This document shows, one piece after another, positions 26,634-29,017 of a stretch of DNA of 29,017 nt. Source of the DNA: Myxococcota bacterium. Lineage in GTDB: Bacteria; Myxococcota; JACRCW01. The stretch is from NCBI GenBank assembly GCA_040752415.1, contig JBFMGU010000133.1, positions 1 to 29,017 on the forward strand. The letters are read 5' to 3'. The notes below the pieces were generated by a model. The model did not search any database and had not been told where the DNA came from. It saw only the letters and a list, made by a program, of their open reading frames with translations. A program made the position numbers and the translations under genes. Numbering within the stretch: position 1 is the stretch's first letter; each line of letters begins with the position of its first letter.

Positions 26634-29017
26634 ATGGCAACCAAGCTGGGTGATCTGGAAATCCTGGACATGGTGGCCACGGGCGGCATGGCGGAGGTCT
26701 ACCGCGCCCGGCTGAACACCAAGGAGGGGGAAGGCAAGCAGTTCGCCGTCAAGCGCATCCTGCCGCAGTTCACCAAGGACCCGGACCTCGTCCAGATGTT
26801 CATTGACGAGGCGCGCGTGGCCCAGCAGCTGCGCAACCCCAACATCGTGCAGGTCCATGACCTCGCGATGAGCGACTCCAACGACTACTACATCGTGATG
26901 GAGTTCGCCGACGGGAAGGACCTGGCGGACGTCATCTACGCGGCGTCCATCAAGGGCATCCGCATCACTCCCGCGGTGGCCACCCAGATTGCGCGGGAGA
27001 CGCTGCTGGCGCTGGATTACGCGCACAACGCCAAGGATTCGTCGGGCCGGCCGATGAATCTCATCCACCGCGACATCAGCCCGCACAACGTCATGATCGG
27101 CTACGAGGGCTGGGTGAAGCTGACGGACTTTGGCATTGCCAAGGTTGCGCACAGCGGTCACCACACCATGGCCGGCGTGGTGAAGGGCAAGTTCGGGTAC
27201 ATGAGCCCGGAGCAGGCGCGCGGGAAGAAGCTGGACGCCCGCAGCGACCTCTACAACGTGGGCATCCTGCTCTACGAGATGATCACCGGCGAGCGCCTGT
27301 TCGCCGGCAGCAGCGACATCTCCACGCTGGACCGCATGCGCAGCGCCGAGGTGCCGGTCCTGCCGCCGACGCTGAGCTGCCCGCCGGACCTGGAGGCGAT
27401 CATCCGCAAGTCGCTGAGCAAGGCGGCGGATGACCGCTATCCCGACGCGGGAACGTTCGAGCTGGCGCTGGGCCAGTGCGCGCACAAGAACGGCATGGTG
27501 GCCAAGGCGGCGGACATTGCGCGCCTGATGCGTGAGGTGTTCGGGCCGCAGAAGGAGCAGAAGGCTTCCCGCACGCGCCTGGTGTCCCTGCAGAGCATGA
27601 CCGAAAAGCCGGGCGGCGCCGCCTCACCGTTGGCCGCGGCCGCGGCCACGTCGGAGAAGAAGGGCGGAGGGGTCATTGCCGGCAAGGGCGTGGTGACGCT
27701 GAACACGCAGCGCCCGGCTCCGCCGCCTCCCGCGCCCGCCGCGGACCTGGACGTGGCCTCGACGATGATGCTGCGCCAGGAGGACCTCCCCAAGTTCGAC
27801 GCGTCGCTGTCCAAGCAGGCGCAAGGCGGGGACCCGTGGGCTTCCGACGTCAACAAGTCCGGCTCCGGCCCCAAGCCCGGCAAGCGCGCGCAGCCCCTCC
27901 CCGCCACGCCCACGCCTCCCGCGCCCCCCGCCGCCAAGCCCGCCGCTCCGACGGGAATCCGGAGCTCCCTGCCCTCCCTGGGCAGCGGAACCAAGGAGCT
28001 CTCGTCGGCGGGCGCGGCGGTGCTGCCCAAGAAGGCCCCCAACCAGGACGAGCCGGACCGCACGCGCTTCGAGCCCAACGCACAGGCCGCCGCCGCTGCC
28101 GCCTCCGCCGCGGTGCTGCCCAAGAAGGCGCCGAGCCAGGACGAGCCGGACCGCACGCGCTTCGAGCCCAATGCGCAGGCCGCGGCCGCCGCTGCCTCCG
28201 CCGCGGTGTTGCCCAAGAAGGCGCCGAGCCAGGACGAGCCGGACCGCACGCGCTTCGAGCCCAACGCGCAGGCCGCGGCCATGGCGGACATCCAAGCCGC
28301 GGAGAATTCCTCCGACGACGCGGCGCGCGAGTTCGAGGAGGTGGGCGCCACGCGGGCGGAGACGTCGTCGCTGGGGAAGGCGCAGGTGGCGGCGGGAGTG
28401 CAGGTGCGCTCCGGGACGGTGCAGCCCCTGGTGGGGACCAGCGCCAAGGCGGTGGAGATTCCGCAGCCCAAGGGCAACGGCGGCGGGCCGGAGCGGACGC
28501 GCATCGAGGCGGGACGGGGTGCGGCACCGCTGGCTCCCAAGCCGGAGAAGAGCGCGGCGGGGCCCACGCCGGTGCCCACCAGCGCGCGCGTCATGCCCCT
28601 CTCCGACGAGACCTCCGACCGCTCCAACAAGCCCAAGCGCAGGCCGGTGGATTGGAAGGACCCCTCGCTCGTCGAGGAGAGCGGACGCCAGGCGATTGCG
28701 CCACCCCCGCCGCCGCCCGGGCCCTCCGTGGGCAAGAAGGGACGCCTGGCGGAGGAGCTGGCCATCCCGGTGGATCCCAGCGCCATCACCGGCGAGATCC
28801 GCGCGCAGGTCCGTGAGGACGAGGCGCCCGCCAGTCCGCCGCCAGGCCTGGCCGCCAAGCTCCCCGCCAACCTGCCTCCGCCCGGCGCCACCGCCATGTT
28901 CATGGCCGACGCGCTGGCCGCCGCCGAGCTGCTGGGCGGCAACACCGGCGACGGAGCCGCGCCCGCCGCCGAGAAGGCCGCGCCGCCTCCGCCCACCGAG
29001 CCCGCCCCGCCGCCCCC
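26634..29017 (+). CDS. Hanks-type Ser/Thr protein kinase with a long Pro/Ala-rich disordered tail (runs off the right edge)
   Basis: Translated by hand, since it is absent from the ORF track: MATKLGDLEILDMVATGGMAEVYRA..FAVKRILP..MFIDEARV..HRDISPHN..LTDFGIAK..KGKFGYMSPEQ..SDLYNVG. GGGAG upstream; no stop seen before the edge. Confidence 0.95.
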   Translation, partial: MATKLGDLEILDMVATGGMAEVYRARLNTKEGEGKQFAVKRILPQFTKDPDLVQMFIDEARVAQQLRNPNIVQVHDLAMSDSNDYYIVMEFADGKDLADVIYAASIKGIRITPAVATQIARETLLALDYAHNAKDSSGRPMNLIHRDISPHNVMIGYEGWVKLTDFGIAKVAHSGHHTMAGVVKGKFGYMSPEQARGKKLDARSDLYNVGILLYEMITGERLFAGSSDISTLDRMRSAEVPVLPPTLSCPPDLEAIIRKSLSKAADDRYPDAGTFELALGQCAHKNGMVAKAADIARLMREVFGPQKEQKASRTRLVSLQSMTEKPGGAASPLAAAAATSEKKGGGVIAGKGVVTLNTQRPAPPPPAPAADLDVASTMMLRQEDLPKFDASLSKQAQGGDPWASDVNKSGSGPKPGKRAQPLPATPTPPAPPAAKPAAPTGIRSSLPSLGSGTKELSSAGAAVLPKKAPNQDEPDRTRFEPNAQAAAAAASAAVLPKKAPSQDEPDRTRFEPNAQAAAAAASAAVLPKKAPSQDEPDRTRFEPNAQAAAMADIQAAENSSDDAAREFEEVGATRAETSSLGKAQVAAGVQVRSGTVQPLVGTSAKAVEIPQPKGNGGGPERTRIEAGRGAAPLAPKPEKSAAGPTPVPTSARVMPLSDETSDRSNKPKRRPVDWKDPSLVEESGRQAIAPPPPPPGPSVGKKGRLAEELAIPVDPSAITGEIRAQVREDEAPASPPPGLAAKLPANLPPPGATAMFMADALAAAELLGGNTGDGAAPAAEKAAPPPPTEPAPPP
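28014..28280 (+). repeat. Intragenic tandem repeat, 93-bp unit x ~2.9
   Basis: The Val codons of successive units are at 28020, 28113 and 28206; each unit encodes AAVLPKKAP(N/S)QDEPDRTRFEPNAQAAAAAAS. Confidence 0.92.

Noticed and set aside
26364..28996. Minus-strand ORFs 26364-27485 and 27437-28996, and plus-strand ORF 27836-28816
   Set aside because: Shadows or off-frame readings of the plus-strand kinase starting at 26634.

Overview
A high-GC window that looks like Myxococcota (inferred from two Hanks-type kinases, TPR proteins, an AgmX/TonB-C-like domain and a STAUR_1299-like protein). From left to right it holds a thioesterase; a minus-strand run of lipoprotein, Ser/Thr kinase, WecA/MraY-type transferase and GT4 glycosyltransferase; a lipoprotein S8 protease; and a REP-like doublet. 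The centrepiece (7092-13957, minus strand) is a three-gene cluster with the parts of a complete trans-envelope electron conduit: a fusion of a degenerate cNMP-binding domain, four [4Fe-4S] motifs and a four-His (di-heme b-like) membrane domain; a secreted cytochrome c with 30 CxxCH motifs in ten tri-heme modules; and a translationally coupled ~790 aa outer-membrane beta-barrel. A membrane-anchored TPR gene lies upstream. An accessory-looking segment (~16.9-26.3 kb) encodes mosaic exported proteins, a MerT-like membrane protein, an extended SDR, a small Zn-finger-like protein and a rhodanese. The rhodanese has an in-frame TGA at a Cys-equivalent position followed by a SECIS-like hairpin, so it is probably a selenoprotein that the ORF track truncates. 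The window ends inside a second Ser/Thr kinase, absent from the ORF track, with a 93-bp tandem repeat in its tail. All calls come from reading motifs by eye; no searches were run.
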